This document shows, piece after piece, positions 22,915-36,210 of a DNA stretch of 64,000 nucleotides. The stretch comes from Marsupella aquatica (taxonomy: Eukaryota; Plantae; Marchantiophyta), in the NCBI GenBank assembly GCA_973895155.1, contig OZ316898.1, positions 19,975,292-20,039,291 of the forward strand. Reading direction: 5' to 3'. Each line of letters begins with the position of its first letter. Within the stretch, counting starts at the first letter, position 1. The notes below the pieces were generated by a model. The model was not told the origin of the DNA. It searched no databases and saw only the letters and a program-made list of their open reading frames with translations. The translations under genes were made by a program, and so were the position numbers.

Positions 22915-24110
22915 CATACAGGAATAGGATTGGGAGTGGTCCAACTGAGAGCATCTCCAAAGGTTTGCACACCAAACAGGGTTGGGATTGGGAGTGGTCT
23001 ATATAAGGGATCTCCAAAGGTTTGGGCACCCAACAGGACTGGATTGGGAGCGGTCTATATGAGCACATGTCTAAAGGTTTGGGTACCCAACAGGACTGGG
23101 ATTGGGGGCGGGTGTTATAAGAGCATCTCCAAAGGTTTTGCACCAAACAGGACTGGGATTGGGAGTGGTCTATATAAGAGCATCTCCAAAGGTTTGCACA
23201 CCGAATGGGATTGGGAGTGGTCCATATAAGAGCATCTCGAGAGGTTAGCACACCAAACAGGATTGGGATTGAGAGTGGTCTATATAAGAGCATCTTGAGA
23301 GGTTTGCACACCAAACAGGACTGGGATTGGCAGTGGTCTATATAAGGGATCTCCAAAGGTTTGTGCACCCAACAGGACTGGATTGGGAGCGGTCAATATA
23401 AGCGCATTTCCAAGGTTTGGGCACCCAACAGGACTGGGATTGGGAGCGGTCTATATGAGCACAACTGCAAAGGTTTGGGCCCCCAACAGGATGGGGATTG
23501 GGGACGGGTGTTATAAGAGCATCTTTAAAGTTTTGCACCAAACAAGACTGGGATTGGGAGTGGTCCACATAAGAGCATCTCCAAAGGTTTGTACACCGAA
23601 CAGGACTGGGATTTGGAGTGGTCTATATAAGAGCATCTCCAAGGGTTTTGCACACTGAACAGGATTGGGAGTGGTCTAAATAAGAGCATCTCTAGAGGTT
23701 TGCACACCAAACAGGACTGGGATTGGAAGTGATCTATATAAGGGATCTCCAAAGGTTTGCACACCGAACAGGACTGGGATTGGGAGCGATCTATATGAGC
23801 ACATCTCCAAAGGTTTGGGCACCCAACAGGACTTGGATTGGGGGGCGGGTGTTATAAGAGCATCTCCAAAGGTTTGCACACCGAACAGGACTGGGATTCA
23901 TTGGGAGTGGTCTATATAATAGCATGTCCAGAGGTTTGTGCACCTAACAGGAATGGAATTGGGAGGGGTGTATGTAGGAGCATCTCTAGAGGTTTGCACA
24001 CTAAAGAGGACTGAGATTGGGAGTGGTCTACATACCGAGTATCTCCAAAGGTTTGAGCACCGAACAGGATTGCAATTGAGAGTGGTCTATATAAGAGTAT
24101 CTTTAAAGGA
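22915..24110. repeat. Satellite, ~58-bp monomer x~20
   Basis: Consensus approximately AACAGGACTGGGATTGGGAGTGGTCTATATAAGAGCATCTCCAAAGGTTTGCACACC. No unique spacers. Confidence 0.97.
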
Positions 24111-24769
24111 TGAATGAATGTTAAACCCAAAATTTAGCCCATCATTTGGAGGCCCAGAAATTAACAAAGCCCCAAGATGAGTTCACTCACCAAGGTCTTC
24201 CCTTCATAAACCCTTTGTAAACATTTTTCTTTCTGTTTATAGACCCTCATGAGAAGCTCCTTCCAAAATCTCTAGCACCACTTTGAGTCACATCATCAAT
24301 ATCACTCACAAATAACAACAAGGATGTTTTTGACAAAACAACTTTTAATTACTTTGCCACTAAAGATACTCAAATTGATAACACTATCTTAGTATCTACA
24401 GATATGTCATTGTTTCATATAAAGACGACAAGTTCAACAAAGTAACCAAGGTGGGAATATACAAAAATTGTGACATATTTGTAAATACAATAAAAGACAA
24501 TGGTTGAATTGTAAATTAGAACATCTTTAGTGGCAATGTAGTTTTAAATTGTTCAACAAAAACTGACACAATTGTTTGTGTGATGCAAGGCAAGGAAAAA
24601 CAATTGTACCCGGTCATGGTAAAAAAATCAAAAAATAGAAGGGTAAATTTAGAACAACAAACAATTAGGTGAGCAATTTGATAAAAAAAAGGTACCATTT
24701 AGATGTCTTGTCAATAATATATAAATTTTTTACATCAAAATGCAAAACCAATCGATAGAAATGTCAATC

Positions 24770-25460
24770 ATTAGAATCTCTTGGGCTCTACATTGTAAAA
24801 GAAAATCATCAATCTCCTCAATAATAAAATGTGTCAAGGTTACATTCATTGGAAAGCACACAATTTAGAAACTCATGACCTCTTCAGTACTTGATAACAT
24901 CTCCCCATATCACTCTTCTTGGAAAGCTAAAGAAAATTAGAAACTCATAATCTCTTTAATGCTTGACTAAATCTATCAATGTTAACTTTATTCGAAAGCT
25001 AGAGAAATTGGAAAACTCATAATCTTCTTAGTACTTGACAAAATCTTTCAATATTACCTTCATTGGAAAGCTAGAAAAATTCTAAAACACATGATCTCTT
25101 TAGTACTTGTCAAATACTGCCAATGTCACACATTAGAAAGCTAGAGAGATTGAAAATCTCATGATCTCTGTAATATTTGACAGAGTTTGACATGAAATTT
25201 GTCAATGCTGAACTCGATGTTAGAAAACTTGAATAATTCATGAACTAGTGATCTTTGTAGAACTTAACAAAATTTCTTAATGTCACACACATTGGAAAGG
25301 TAGAGAAATTCCAAAACTCATTTGGAACTTGACAAAATCTGCTAATCTGAGGCTCATTGGTAAAACCTAGAAAAATTGGTAAAACCTAGAAAATTTGGTA
25401 AAATCATGATTGCTTGGTACTTGACAAAATGTACTGATGTGATATTCATTCAAAACCAAG
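24770..25460. repeat. Degenerate tandem repeat, 70-72-bp unit
   Basis: GGAAAGCTAGAGAAATT..AAACTCATGATCTCTTTAGTACTTGAC-like units at 24851, 24921, 24993, 25065, 25135 and onward. Confidence 0.8.
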
Positions 25461-28400
25461 AGAATTAATGGAAAACCATGATTTAGTTTCCCAATCATTT
25501 CTCAATGAAACCTTTGTGCTAAACACTAAGAAGAAATCCATTTTAATTAGGAAATCAGACCATTGAGAATGAGTCTAACATTGACAGATTTTTCATTACT
25601 AATGAGATCATGGGCTACCCTTTATTTAGTGATTGAGGCCACCTTTGGGAAGCTATTCCTCCCTTTAAAATCAGCCCCAATATGCTCTTTAGCATTTATA
25701 GTCTCATTTGACCCACTTCTACAGATGCTCTAAGGGTGCCTCTAGAAATGTCTATACATGAGTCGGGCCAGTGATTTCTCTAGTGTGTGTTATGGGGGGG
25801 GGGGGGGGGGGGTTAAGGGGGCTGTAGGGTTTAGACCGTAGGGTTGGGTTATCTCTACCTATGGCCTCAATAAGCATCAAACCTCACCTAATCATGATCT
25901 TTGTATGGTAAGAATAAAAAACAAGATGATGTATTCATTACCCGCAAACTAAGTGGTACAAACAAATGTGTGTCTTGGTTGGTCCTCTAGGAGTATGGTA
26001 GGCGTAGATTTAACATGTAGTTGTGTCTTGTATCCCCTCACAACTACAATGAATTGTTGTATTGGATGCACATGAATACAATCTTGAATACAATTTGCTG
26101 ATGACTATATACTACAATTAGTGAAGATGGCCGGGAGAACAGTGTTTGACAAAATAATCTACACATTAAATCTTTTGGTATATAAGGAGTCCTGACCAAT
26201 CCCACAAACAAGGTCTCAAAGGAAAGAGAAAGGTGGCAAATTAGGTCAAACAATCATTTTTTTCCTTAGAATACGTAGCCAGCCCAAATTTTGGGTAGGA
26301 TTTGGTGACTTGGTTTTTGTGGGTGGGTCCTACTGGTTTCCTCTTGCCTGGTTTTGATTATGCTTGTTGGGGCTTGCACCTTAACTATGTCCGAGTGTAT
26401 TTCATGTCCAAGCTGCACACCCTTATTATATAAATTCATGGTACAATGTACTATCAACTTAGCTAGCGAGCATTTATTCCCTGCCCTACTTGCTCAAAAC
26501 GCAGCTGTGTTAGCCATTCTTCCACACAATAATAAATGATTAAAAAAGTTGGCGGCCAGTACCAAAAATTTGACCTCCCAAAAACAATGGGCTATGAAAA
26601 TATGCAAGCAATTTGGGGGATGGCAGAGGAAGTTAAATTCTCGGGGGCTTCACTTCCACAAAAATGATATATCACATGCGACAAAAGATAGGGTTATTTT
26701 ATTGGTTCTAATGAAAGACTTACGAATTTTTGCAGAAGAACAATAAGGTCTTTTTGATTCAATTTTGAGACTTATAAGAATATTAGGGTCTTTTTAATCC
26801 AATTTAGAATATTCCATCTTTATAGGGGTTAAAACATAGTTTTTCTCTTACATTTTAGAGGGTCCGAGGCCTAAAAACGTTGCAGGTGATGGTGAGGTCC
26901 CCATATAGTGAGCCCCCGAGGTGAAATTCTAGATACTTCAGCCAGAATAACTTTATATGAGCTTAAATAAGCGGCATAATAGACTGAGAAAATTAATGGT
27001 CACCCACGAGTAAGCCCTACAGCATATTGCTTTGAGACAAAAATGTGTACATCACACTGCCAAAAACAAAGGCTTGCAACCAGGAGACACTATTTTGAGG
27101 CAGGAGACCTAGAGAAAGTGAGAAAACATGTAAAAACTCTGTGACGATGAAAGAGCCAAAAAGCCGAGGAGTCCCAAGGAGAGTACTAAAAAATAAAAAA
27201 TAAAGTAGAAGCAATCTGGCCTATCGATAGCGGGTGGTGATCTGGGCCGTTGCTCTGGAATGGACTAACCTAGGTTAGTTTTATTAAAACAATGCATTCT
27301 TCTGCAGTGGCCGATGATACTCTAAAGATCATTGAGTGATGGGATTATTTTCTTTTGACTCCCAAGAGGAAAACAAAACCCTCCTTTTCTGCCCATCAAA
27401 ACGTCTCAATAATTACTGCTCTTCTCGAGATTTCTCTTTTGGGTGCTTTTATGGAGAAGAATGCACATTGGGAATTATGAAACTTCTCCTCTAATTGTAC
27501 TAAAAATGGTAAAAGGAAAACCTCTGGTAATCCTAGTTTGGACTTGGCCGGCAAATGAGGGGTCTGGACCCCATCATCCGTCTACTGTTACACCTGATCG
27601 TCCCAAACGCCTGGTCACCCGGGGTTGCGGCTGGGTAGTGGGGTCAAGCTGGGCGGGGTGGTCGGGCCGGGACTGAGCCAGGAAGGGGAGTCCGGGGGAG
27701 CCCAGGATGGGGCCGGGAGGGGTTCAGGAGAGTTTGGGACCGGCCAGGGAATACAGGCGAATATGCGACATTTGACCCCATTTTGAGCCAGAATGTGACG
27801 AGTTTACGGGTTGGACAACACGTCACCGTGTCAGTCAATTCAGACCGGGCTGGTAAGTGTGTGTATGTGTGGGTGGCTGGTGTGAGTCCTGATTTCTCCT
27901 CAGTCCCTAGCCAGCCCGCTTTGGGGCCCTGGTTCAATCCTCTCTCTCCTGGTCTGGTCCCTATCCGGGTCCCTATCCCTAGGTATGGTTCCCCCTGGTA
28001 GGCTACCCTTCAGTAGTGCATACTCCGCATACTCCAAAGTAAAACGTCTATCCTTAGTTTGTTTGACGGGTCTACTTTAGACTTTCAAGGCCAAAAAAAC
28101 AAAAAAAACCTCTCATAAATGTGCAATCGGGATAGGGGGCTAGTAAACTAGAGAAAAGTCCAGCCAAGTATTGTTTTGGCACTAGAGATCCAACCAAAAT
28201 GCGCCAATAACATTGTGACACGAGTCACCCGCCGGAATGTGGAGCAGAACATATGCTTTCAGTGAGCTATGAAGGAAGAGCGAGCTTTCAATTTCGTATT
28301 GCCGTAGTAGACTTATTGACAGTCCTCAAAAGTATTGCACACGAGAAAGTCCCATAGGCAATCCGCATTCGCTCCTTTGATTGTTTGTCCATTTCATCGT

Positions 28401-28958
28401 GGTGCTGCTACAGAGCCTCTTCTGTTGAAGCAATCTGTAATGAGTAATTTTGCTTTGATTTTGCATTGCAGCTTAGACTACCTTCTCCTCTGTATCTAAG
28501 AAGCCCGGCAAGGATAACAACTGTGTGGCGTTAATTCGTTGATGGAACCAGTTTACCGACCTCGATCATTTTTGTTCCTCTTCGGTTCCATCACTTCGTC
28601 CTTTTGCAGCAATTAAGGCACTGGATTGTCACTACTGTGGGAGCTGAGATCTGCCTCCCATCGTCAATCAAGTGAGTCACTCTTTCGATCATTTCAATTC
28701 GTACTCGCTGCACTTTTTTTTCTTCTTTCTGTCTATATTCTACGAGTGAAATCGACTTTATGAATGGGGAATTAAAGAAGAGGTGGGAATCCCAATGCCA
28801 TGTCGGGTTTGGCACTGAAATTGTTCTCAAGGGATATGAAAATGGTTAGTGTTGTCTTCTTCCTCTGGTTCCTGGGCAGTTCAGCTCAATTCTTCGTTCT
28901 TTCTTCTTCAAATGAAATCGGTGTACTCCTGAGTATTTCATTGTTGTTTCAACAGGCT

Positions 28959-31900
28959 ATGGCAATGTCGGCTGTTGGAGCTAAATTCCCAATGGTGGGA
29001 GCTAATTTCCAGGCCCCAAAGATGCCCGCAGGCTCTAATGTACTTTTTCACAAGGTTTGTCGGATTCTGATTCTGTACTTAAACGTACTGCAGCCTTTTC
29101 TCTTTCACAATGTCGCTCATGGGCTACGCAATTCGTTCTGTCATCGGGCAGGCGAAGCTTCCTTACGAAATCAGTAATGAAATTTCCGAAAACAACCGCT
29201 AAGAGCTTGCTGAACTGACAGTATGGCGTCGAAATTGAAGTCAAGGTTCCGTTTGGTAGTAGACCAGTGCTGCTTCGTCAACATTTGTATGGAACACATT
29301 AGTATCCCATTCTGAGAAGAATCTACTTATTAGCGATAGATAAAACAAGTATAGTGCATGGTCTCTTAAATCGGGGTCATAACTGCGCGCGCTGCAAAGA
29401 AATTGAACAGGAACCTGTCTGCCAAAGCCTCTGTGTTCCCAACAATCCAATTGATTCTCACAATCCCAACTTCTTGAGGGCACTAAAGACCCGGGTAAAA
29501 TGTGAAGACTACCCTTCCCTCTTTGGATCTTGACACGAGTAATTGCCATCAAAGAAAAAAGGGAATGCAGATTGCCCCAGGTTTCCTGAATTATTTCAGG
29601 TTATGGAGCAGAAATAAGTCTGTGGACAACTCATACCCGTGTTCAGCAAGCATGGCCTGGTTGGATTCGGTATAGAGAACTGTTGTCATCAGGTCACAAT
29701 CAGGTCTGGAGAGGCGATCTATAATATTTGCAAATCTAGACTTCAGTGCAGAACTTTCATTCCGTTAAGACGAGAATCATTCACTTACATCGGCATCTTG
29801 TCTATCCCAACCTACTAAATGTAATCCGTAGACGTTACCTAGTTTATCTCATGCTGAAATGCATGACTGGTTTTCGTGATGTATTGCTTCTGACGTAAAT
29901 GGTAACTTTGAAGCAAATTGAATTTTTTGCTGTCTTCGAACCTCAAAGCTAAATTTGTTGTGAAGGTCTTGCGAGGCGCCAAGTTTGGTTCCGGAACTGT
30001 GCCACTTCAGCGGAGGGGGCTTTCACATTGTTCTGGGGAATCCAGGTATGTAGTCTCGACATTTCAGTTTTTGAAGGGTTTATTGTATGTTCCGTGCACT
30101 TCAAAAGCATGAACGACGAGCATCATTTTGCAACTCCCGTTGAGTCCCAGAAGTTCGTGTGGCAGGAAGATAGTAGTGAGGGGCAGCGCAGGCTCTGATA
30201 CAGAGAAAAGTTTCAAATCTACGGTTGAGCTTGACCAACTCATTGACAAACTTCGTGCGACTGATTATGAGAAGGTACTCAAATTTCCCCCTTGATAATC
30301 GACTCTAATGGCTTAAGCTCAAAATTCTAATGCTAGGGATGGTATAATTTGATATCAGACGTCACACCCCTTCTCTCCTGAAGCCTCTGCAAAATATTGA
30401 TTATCTTAGAACATAGTCTTGCAAACAGACAAATTTCCTGTTGTGAAGAGCAAAGCATAGCCTGTGGCCTTTTCTGTTCGACAAGAATTAAATGCCTTTG
30501 CTGCTGTTCGGGAATACTCATTTGAATTGTTTTCTCGGAATTGTATTATAAGGGACTGGAATTCGCTAGTCTGTTTCAACAGTGCACTCTAATTGCAACT
30601 GAGTTTGGGTTCGTCATTTCTTTCTTTATAGCCCATGATTGATATTCGTTTTGTGAGCAGCTCCCACAGGTAGTAGCTGAAAACATTCTCGCGTTCAACA
30701 CTACTTTTTGGTTGCGGCTTGCCACCAGGGCTGACCTCAGCAACTCTGATGAACAGGTTTGTGATGTGATGGAATGACAGATGGCTGATAGTGGGAATGA
30801 TGGTATTGGATGAAACGTGGGTTTCTAGTCGAGGCAGCATGATTAAAGTAGAACTCGGCATGGCAAAATCTGGAAGGTTGTACTAGTTTATTAGCCAAAA
30901 AGCTTTTTCTACTTCCATGCAAGAAAGTTTGTAATTTGAAAGAGTTGCTGAAATTTAGTAGTGATGTCTTAATGTAATCAGTGTATTCCACTCTATTTTT
31001 GGAGCTCATGATCTTTTCTTCTTCCTCTACAGAAGGATTTCGAGCAGTTAGCAAATACCATAATGAACATTGTCCATCTTATTGTGCAAAAGACAGAGGT
31101 ACTCTCTCGACGCCTGTTGAGGATTATTCCCTGAAAGAAGCTAGTTGGTAAAGGACTGAAGCCATCCACGTATGGAAAGAGTTATCAGTGATATCCTTCA
31201 ATCAAAGTCTGGCATCTAGATTTGACTCTTAATTTTGTGCCTACTTCTTCATAAGTCGAGCATTCTGAATAGCTGTCCTTCTGCTTATTGACTGGCCAGG
31301 CTTTCTTTTTGTTGAGGTTTTCACTTACAGTGAGTGGTGGTTTAGGAGAAAATTGAATCGTCTACGGGAATTTTGAAGTCAATCTTGACTCCTTTGATCG
31401 AAAAGAATGGAGATATCAACTGGCCTCCCCGCGATCCGCGAGGAATCTCTATCATGAGAAAGGTCTATATTTCTGTAAGCGAGTTGTGTTGTATATATGA
31501 TGGCTGGTTGTAGCAGTGCTGCTATATTTAGTCTTGGAGACATCCAATTTTATAGTTTGACAACGGGTCTACCGTGAGCTTAAAACAAGGATTTGAGATA
31601 TCCTTCATTTTGTGGCAAGGAGCACTACATCTTTGTTCATTTACTTGAACTTTGTCTTGCTGTTCTCGGCCGTCTGCTACTATTTGCCACAAGAGGAATC
31701 CAGCAGTCTAGCACTTCTTTGATTTCTATTCGTTCTTCTTTACTCCATGTATAGAATATGATCCATTTATTTGTCCTTCTGCAATCGTAGACAAATGTTG
31801 TCACGTAAAAGTGGGGCATTCAAGTCTTCATTATCATGTCGCTTAAATCCAAGGGCATTTTTCATTGATGAGTAGCAAGGATCATCTTCTATCTTCGATG

Positions 31901-33422
31901 CGTGACCAATTCTGACATATTGGCATTCCTTGCTCAATGTCAGGAAGTAGAGCAAAGAGAGGCCGGAGGCTACCTGGATGAAAGCTTTCTTAGTGAGGTC
32001 TCTGCACAAATGCGACAGGTAATGTGAAAGGCTGGGCTCTGGCACTGTGAGCATCAATACCTTGCATCGTATGAAGTAGATAAATGTCAACAGCTATTAC
32101 GAATAAACATGTTCTAGTAATGTCTAATGTCAAGCAAGCTCCTGTTGAAATATTGTCATATCTGTGATAACTCTGATAGTGTGGGTTTCCTGAATCCTTT
32201 GTGAAGTCTGGTGCTAAGATCGGGAAACTCGTGTCAGGCCAGGGAGGATGGTGATAAGCCTGGTCTTGTGGCCATTCTTCAGAAAATTTTGCAACTGTAC
32301 TGTTCGACAGTGTTGTCCAAACGGACATACGCTACACAGGGTATGTATCTCTATTGTGCACAAAATCTTACCAGCATAATCTTGTTATTATCTAGATTAC
32401 TGAGTATCTTCCATCTCCATCTCCTTGTCCTGTTATGTTTTAGTGAAGCACTAGTGGGCTCAAATTCAAAGTTGGGAATGTCTCACTTGGAAGTAATGTT
32501 CAAAGCAAACCGAAGGGTTAAGAGCGCCGTGAACAATACCTCATCAAGAGGCCTGCGATCGAACATAGATGGTTAAAGGTTGTAGATGCAGCGGCGTGAA
32601 GGAGGATTGAGGGAAAAGATTCATGATAGTCACTAATCCGACGACCACCCTGGAACTTTTCATGTCACAGCCCTCTTAAAATTTATCCTGTTCATGCGTT
32701 TAAACTTCTTCTGTGGCTTCAACAAGACATTTCTGAGAAGATGTCTCCTGGTGAAATGTGATGGCTTCTGTGCAGGAAACAAAACTGACGAGGCAGAAGC
32801 GCTTTTGGAGAAGTTGATTTCTGGTTTGCTTCTGCACTTTGATTTCAATAGTTACAGCAGGCATGATACTTTTGACTGATTTGAGAATATTAGAGTTTGG
32901 TTTTCGTGCAGTTTTAAGACTTTGCAAGCTATGTGAAATCATGCAACAGTAACCCTGGATTTGCTTGTACGTGCCCCGTAGGTGACGAAGAGAACTGGAA
33001 TGACCTGATAAGAAATGGCCTTGCTTTTGGAGGTGGCAGTGTTGAGTCTAGTGAGTTTTCTAGAGTTGTGGAAAAACGGGTTGAGCGTACATTGATGCGA
33101 ACGGTAAAGGTCTTTACTCTCACAGATGTTACCCAACTCTGAGCTTACATCTCTCTAGAATCTTAAGTTGACTTCTCATTAGCAGCTTGGCTTGCAAAAG
33201 TTTCTTCGATGGTTGAGCTTTCAAGTTACTTTTGATGACTTAGACCTTTTGGTGAAGATTTGCAGCTTATTACTCTTGATTGAGGTCCGATTTGGCTTTG
33301 TGCAGGAGAGTGGTTCTTACCAGCAAAGATTGTTTGTTGAATATGTGAGAGAGATCCAAACAAGGGCAAACTTATTGGAGGAAGCTTTCACGTCACCAGG
33401 TTCTTCACTCGGTTCTCGATGA
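28959..33422 (+). CDS. Conserved plant protein of unknown function, probably plastid-targeted, 342 aa, 11 exons (resembles, from memory, Arabidopsis At4g24090)
   Basis: Exons 28959-29054, 29966-30045, 30166-30274, 30661-30756, 31033-31098, 31346-31462, 31944-32018, 32238-32340, 32776-32823, 32982-33103 and 33306-33422 (1029 nt, all GT-AG, in frame). Motifs ENILAFN..FWLRLATR, WPPRDP, LDESFLSEVSAQMRQ, DKPGL..LQKILQLY and ERTLMRTESGSYQQR. Transit-peptide-like N-terminus. Orthologue identity not verified. Confidence 0.88.
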
Positions 33423-34462
33423 AGACTCGTCTTCAACCAGCATGTTTCCCGTGTACAATTGAGTCTTAGAGCTATGAATATGGTAACATTCATAACGTCA
33501 TGAGGAAGAGGGACGCTAGTTCAAGAAGACGCTAGTATAATGTTCCCTCCAAGCCAAATCCATTTTTTGATAAACCCATTGTTTTGAACCCCATATTTTC
33601 TAGCCTGAACCCTTGTGCTGAGTCCCCAACTTGGTCACCTCCAGACATTATGGTGCTTGGCAGTTTGGTCATTGTAGCTTGCGAGGTAACAGTCCAAAAT
33701 ATCCTCGCATGACCCCTATTTTTCTCAATCCAACTGCCTTCTATGCTAACAACAACCTGGTTGGTAACATCCATTTTTGGAACTCCTCTTTGGGCTAGCT
33801 AACTTGCTAGCCATCTCAAATCTTTATAAAACACAAAATATTAGAAAGTCAGCAAAAAGCAAAAGAAATTTAAAATCACTAGTGCCTCGCTCAGAACACT
33901 CTCCTCACTAACAAAATTCCTGTTGGCTTGCATTTTTCAATACCTCTTGGCAGCTGCAATGCTTTTAGAAGAGGACCCATAGAATAGTGCTTTGTGGATC
34001 CTTAATTCGGTGATGCATCGCTAGCTGCCACTTGTCAAGCCTGAAGGATTGAGGGCTAATAGTTTATGGATTCTTGTTTGAAAGGTTCACAGCCACCTAA
34101 GTGCAATTAAGAGTTACCAACATGTCTCCATATGTATCTTTGAAAGTCAATTTGGCAGCTTCTTTGCGGGAAACTAAAAGGTCATTTGTGAGAAGGCTTT
34201 AAAATCAGTCATATTTTGAAATTCATGTTTGCAGATTATGGTCTCCTTACAAGAGTAGTATAAATTTGTGTTTACGGGTTACACTTTGTAGTATAAAATA
34301 TTGTCCAGATTACACTTTGTAGTGTAAATTATTGTCCAAATCACACATTGGTGTCTATTTTTTGACACTGCTATATGGCACATCTATGTTTCAGCCTCCC
34401 AAGTCCATTTGTTTTTTGTTATTATTTTAATTCTAATTTCAGCCTATGAGGGCTGTTTTCTT

Positions 34463-34840
34463 GAACTTAAAGCAGGGATAGACACGAACGTTTGTAGGGA
34501 CAACCCGGATGGACACAGCCTATTGACACTGTAACACCAATCCCTAATGACACCCAAAATGGATTACAGGTGTCTTATGGACGGAAGCTAACCGAGATTT
34601 AGACATGATTAAGTTAAGTACGTCTAACCTCCTCCGTTGCTCCTGCCTGGACAGACTATGGGAAGAAACAACCAAAAACCTCCTGCTCCCGGTCCGACAG
34701 CTCCATCCAGGTCACCATTGGAGCACAAGTGAAAAGCCTGTCATGCAAGCACAATCTTAAGTTGTTCTGTGTCCATCCAGGTTGTGTTTGTCCATCGGGG
34801 CTTTTTCTCAAACGTTTGTGTCTATCCCAGCTTTAAGTTC
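34463..34840. mobile_element. Mutator-like (MULE) non-autonomous element, 378 bp
   Basis: TIR GAACTTAAAGCAGGGATAGACACGAACGTTTG matches the other end at 30/32. Perfect 9-bp TSD TGTTTTCTT (34454-34462, 34841-34849). An additional inner inverted GGATGGACACAG is present. Confidence 0.9.
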
Positions 34841-35924
34841 TGTTTTCTTTGTGTTTTTCCTCGATCTTGAATTAAATTGAGCCCCTCACATACCTCATTT
34901 TTGTTATTCCTTTGATTTGATTTGATTTAACTGAGTCCCCCTATATTTGTTTGTCTTCATTTCTTTCTCTACCTTCCCTTCCATAATTTTTTTTTTGCTT
35001 TAAATAATAACTTTCTAATCTTGCCCCTTCTCAAGCCTTATCATCTTGATGAAGAATAACAGCTGTGGGCAGGGTTACCTAATATAAAATGTGGAGAGGA
35101 ATGTAAAAAAGAAACTTACTGGAGATGACAGCTCTTGCACACATTGGAATGTTTGGATTGGGTTCTCAATGATTTGGAGTCAAGCTGAAGAAAAAGAATG
35201 AATCACCACATGACAAATCCAAGATTGAAGTTGATTTAGGCAATTAGTTTCAATGATCATGAAGGTAGAAGCAATTCAAAATTAGGGGGAAGCAGGATGA
35301 GCATTAAATAATGTAGGGATCCAAATTCCTTCATCTTCCAAGTTGCCCATGATCCTACATGATTTGTTCAAATAATCATAGGTGGTCACTTACATAGAAG
35401 TTATGCAACAAGGCACATAGCTTGATTCAACATTAAAAAATATTTCCAATGATTTGTCTCTCATAGACTTTAAGAATTGCTATAGGGAGAATGGGGTCTC
35501 CAAACTAATTTTATGCTGGAGTTTGAGGTTGAGACTTCAAGGGCCGGAAAGTTCCTTGCCCTTGTAACTCCTAGCTTTAGGCTCGGGACGGGGTTAAAGG
35601 CATAGTTCTCTTGCTCACTTATATGTTGCCGTGAGTGAGTTTGAGGGCCAGAAAATGTACAGCCGTTCACATGGAAGTTTGCTATTGACAAGAAAATAGT
35701 TGTAATATTGGGGGACAACATGGTTGGCCTGCACTGATCCAGGGAATGCACTTATCCATGATGCCCTTATACATGGGTCAGTGTAAACAGTAGACTCGTG
35801 TGATGAGAACTACCAATAAAGGTTAGTCTCTCACAAAGTCAAAGCGGAGTGATGGGTACAAAGACACATATGAGAACTTGCATTAACCAATCTTCCATGC
35901 ACTTATTTGGTAGTGTAGCATGCA

Positions 35925-36210
35925 CACATAGAGAAGTGCATAAATGATATCACAGTGCACTTATATCATGTGCATAAATGATATCACAGTGCACTTATAA
36001 CACAGTCCATACCCTGGATAAGTGCAAGCTTGAGGTGGCTCATCTCTACAAGGTGACTCCAGTGCTCATAATTTACTGAATACCCCGGATAAGTGCAAGA
36101 TTGCGGCAACTCCAGTGCTCATAATTTACTGAATACCCCGGATAAGTGCAAGATTGCGGCAGTGCTCATAATTTACTGAATACCCTGGATAAGTGCAAGA
36201 TTGCGGTGGC
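35925..36210. repeat. Compound tandem repeats (~34 bp x2; ~48-55 bp x4) upstream of ACX4
   Basis: GTGCATAAATGATATCACAGTGCACTTATA x2, then GGATAAGTGCAAG...CAGTGCTCATAATTTACTGAATACCC x3-4. Confidence 0.85.

Noticed and set aside
22915-24110. CRISPR-like array, or protein-coding ORFs of 67-197 aa
   Set aside because: Whole monomers repeat with no unique spacers and no cas genes, in a eukaryotic context. The ORFs are translations of the satellite.
26350-26430. PPR-like peptide GVQLGHEIHSDIVK on the minus strand
   Set aside because: Only about 12 residues, with no flanking PPR motif or repeat array.
26916-26934. GAGGTGAAATTCT, resembling a conserved SSU rRNA segment
   Set aside because: The match is too short and the flanks do not resemble rRNA.
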